Source: Welwitschia mirabilis
Lineage: Eukaryota
Direction: 5' to 3'
DNA: 39,913 bases
Assembly: GCA_051453625.1 (NCBI GenBank)
Contig: JBOZIK010000001.1
Span: 26,920,619-26,960,531 of the forward strand
Shown here one piece after another: positions 37,300-39,913 of this stretch (its first letter is position 1; the number at the start of each line of letters is the position of its first letter). The notes under the pieces are model-generated. The model saw only the letters and a program-made list of their open reading frames with translations, was not told where the DNA came from and did no database searches. A program made the translations under genes and the position numbers.

Positions 37300-38613
37300 A
37301 ACATTGAGTCCAGATTTATGCTTGCCATAATTAACAATAATAGTCTTTGCAACTCTTATACCTAGATGATGGTTGTGGTCAGGCTCTCCCAACCCTGTCA
37401 CTGTTTTGTGCATTAGCTATGACACTTACATTTGTGTGCAACTCTAGCAAGGAATATGTTTTCATTTTCTATTTGTCTTATATCTATGTGCAATTCTAGC
37501 TAGAAGTATAAATAATCTCATTTTTGAACAGTTTTTTTGGTGGTGAACATACTAAGTTGTAGGTTATCTTTCTATACAGTTAGTTTATCAGTGACTAATA
37601 GAACTCAGAATATGCATTGATAGCCTATCAGAAAGTGTTTTAGACTGGTGTTTAGGTTGAGATTCAGGATACTTTATTTTTGTTCTTTTCATTATGTCTA
37701 GAGATTTGGTTTTATTTAGTTGCTCTAGTCTATATTGGGTCTGGATTGAGCATTGATGTTGAAGCATCTTTTAGTCTGGTGGAAGGTCTGTCTGGCCTTC
37801 TCATGGATAAGTAGCATACTAGTACAAAGGCAATTTCTGTATAAAGAAGTGATACCAATGATGGCTATTTTAAAATTAGGATAATCAGAGTCTGGAATAT
37901 AGCATTTCTTGGCTTCTCAAACCCCATTCACAGACTTGCAGGTGGTCAGTTTTTGGTTTGTCTCTCTGCGTCTGATTCAGTGTATCCTGATTATCTTGCT
38001 CCATAAACAAACTTTACACAATCATGCAGGTATGAGAAAGTCTTCTTGCAATTCCTATGCCAGTATGATATATAGGATGTTATGTAGCAGGAGCTCTACC
38101 CTCCTACATTTCCAGTGTTTAAATTTTTGATGAAGATTCTGGGTAGTGTCTCTCTGATGTTTCCCATGTATCCATCCTTTATCTGTGCTTATAATAAGGG
38201 CAGACATCCTACAACAATTATAGTGTTGCCCTTTTTTCTCTTTGGTATCTCAGCTGGAGTTATCTCCTGTTTGCTTTGATGTGATCATCGGATGTGGAGA
38301 TGATAGGATGTAGGCTTTCCATCCTATGTCTCAAGGCTTTCTCAAGGTTCGGAAGGCTTCTTCCTGATCCCCTTAGCTCCTCAATTTCATATGCTGTGCA
38401 GGTATGGAGGATTGAGCCTTTGGTTTCCCATATTGAGCTTTCAGCCGGTTTTTAGTAGACTGGTTTCCAGTGTGATTTGTATTTCTTTTGGCTATCTAGT
38501 TCTCTAGTATATATGAGCCTGAAATGGCAAGCACCAAGAACATGTGAATAGTGTTTATGTTTCTTGCCATCTGTTTAGCCCTTCTCATGTTTTTTTGATC
38601 GAGTTGTAGTTAA
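37300..38613 (-). pseudogene. Probable L1 ORF1 remnant (DUF4283/zinc-knuckle-like)
   Basis: Upstream of and on the same strand as ORF2. Minus strand LQVCEWGL (~37918-37943; cf. ARVCVE.DL) and QKLPLY...EG (~37795-37840; cf. YE.LP..C..C...GH). Confidence 0.45.
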
Positions 38614-38801
38614 NNNNNNNNNNNNNNNNNNNNNNNNNNNNNNNNNNNNNNNNNNNNNNNNNNNNNNNNNNNNNNNNNNNNNNNNNNNNNNNNNNNNNNN
38701 NNNNNNNNNNNNNNNNNNNNNNNNNNNNNNNNNNNNNNNNNNNNNNNNNNNNNNNNNNNNNNNNNNNNNNNNNNNNNNNNNNNNNNNNNNNNNNNNNNNN
38801 N

Positions 38802-38960
38802 ACTTAAATTTTATTTTTATTAAAGTTGATGGTGATGAGTTTTATAACTAACAACTGTTAATCATTCCATGTGTACTTATTTTACTTAAATTTTATTTTT
38901 ATTAAAGTTGATGGTGATGAGTTTTATAACTAACAACTGTTAATCATTCCATGTGTACTT
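38802..38960. repeat. Exact 77-bp direct duplication (82-bp period) next to a gap
   Basis: 38802-38878 is identical to 38884-38960. Confidence 0.95.
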
Positions 38961-39059
38961 GGCAAAAGCATTATTAGATTTATTCGTAAGGTTAATGTTA
39001 ATTGTTAATCATAAAAGTAATGTGTGACTATTGTGTCGATGCCCCTTTGGTTGTGCATA

Positions 39060-39913
39060 AAAAAGTCAAAGTCATCCTCTTAACCAACATCTCCTCTCAA
39101 ATAAAAAGGTGAAAAAGAGTGAAAAATTTAGTCCACGTGTAGAGTTTTGACTTTTTGATGAATGATAAAAAGTGACATCTAGTCATGGTAAAACATTGAC
39201 TTTATGCTCACCAATCAATATTGACTTTACAAATAAAGTTAATAATGATTTGGCAAATTGGAGATAAAGTGGCCAACATTCATTCCTCATCCATAAGATA
39301 AAACAAGCCAATTAATCATATGGATGACATTTGGTTTATGAATAGGTACAAGATGTTATTATAAAATGTTCAGAATGGTAAAACCAAATATGACATTAAA
39401 AAGGATTAATTCTTAAGTATGTTTTATTAAAATAAATGTTAAACGCCTCATAATTTTAAATGCCTCATAATTTGCCACATAATTCATCTCAAGATTAAAA
39501 TAGGCAACATTATGATTGGATAAGAGTGTTGCCCCATTCAGATTACAACCTCACTAGCAAAAGGAATAATTAAGAAACTAAAAGGAAAAGCTGGGCTTGC
39601 AGTATAATAATATATTCCTGACTATTATAGATGCAATATTAACATTTTTTGTAACGAGCCGCCCTCATTTTTTAAGACTATTGAAAAGCATTATTAAAAA
39701 TTGACAAAAAACTTTATTCCAAGCAAAAGGAGAAAAGGTGACGGAAATTGCTTTGTCAATTCGAAAAACACAAACTGGGCGGAGCAGGGTTTCCTAGCGG
39801 TGCAGGAAGTAGCGGAACCACTTCGCGGATGCCCTGGCATAACGCCGGAGGTTATCCGTGTAATCGACATAATACAGACCGAATCGCAGATCGTAACCAT
39901 TCGACCACTCAAA
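39060..39913. promoter_or_regulatory. Promoter-like region with W-box cluster, G-box, GCC-box and CpG-rich end
   Basis: TTGACT/AGTCAA at 39064, 39147, 39196 and 39221; CACGTG 39134-39139; TGGGCT 39592-39597; AGCCGCC 39657-39663; dense CpG from ~39740 to the end. Confidence 0.4.

Noticed and set aside
39694..39912. 72-aa minus-strand ORF at the window end
   Set aside because: No recognisable domain, truncated by the window edge, and explicable by the locally higher GC.

Overview
This is a very AT-rich plant nuclear sequence with five N gaps. It is almost entirely old, decayed transposable elements, and no intact protein-coding gene, RNA gene or CRISPR array is supportable. 1-23760 is a nested LTR-retrotransposon stack. 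An Athila-like Ty3/Gypsy element (A, ~1733-22507) directly abuts and apparently interrupts a CRM-like chromoviral pol remnant (22508-23760). The 5' LTR of A is interrupted by the 3' end of a related Athila element (B, 1-1732) that lacks the extra ORF. The gag of A is interrupted by a Sirevirus-like Ty1/Copia element (~3745-11973) with an env-like ORF and an internal IN-RT deletion. After a (GA)n-flanked gap come a minus-strand non-L1-type LINE RT remnant, an LTR-like segment, a tRNA-derived SINE, a short Copia LTR with PBS, and a decayed L1 LINE. The last ~1 kb is promoter-like, with W-box, G-box and GCC-box motifs and a CpG-rich end. Pervasive C>T/G>A decay has destroyed all reading frames. 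I found no convincing novel biological system. The most noteworthy items are the nesting, the unusual RT lineages, an ancestral palindromic motif, the SINE and the methylation-footprint transition. All protein calls are by-eye motif recognition without database searches, and boundaries are approximate unless stated.
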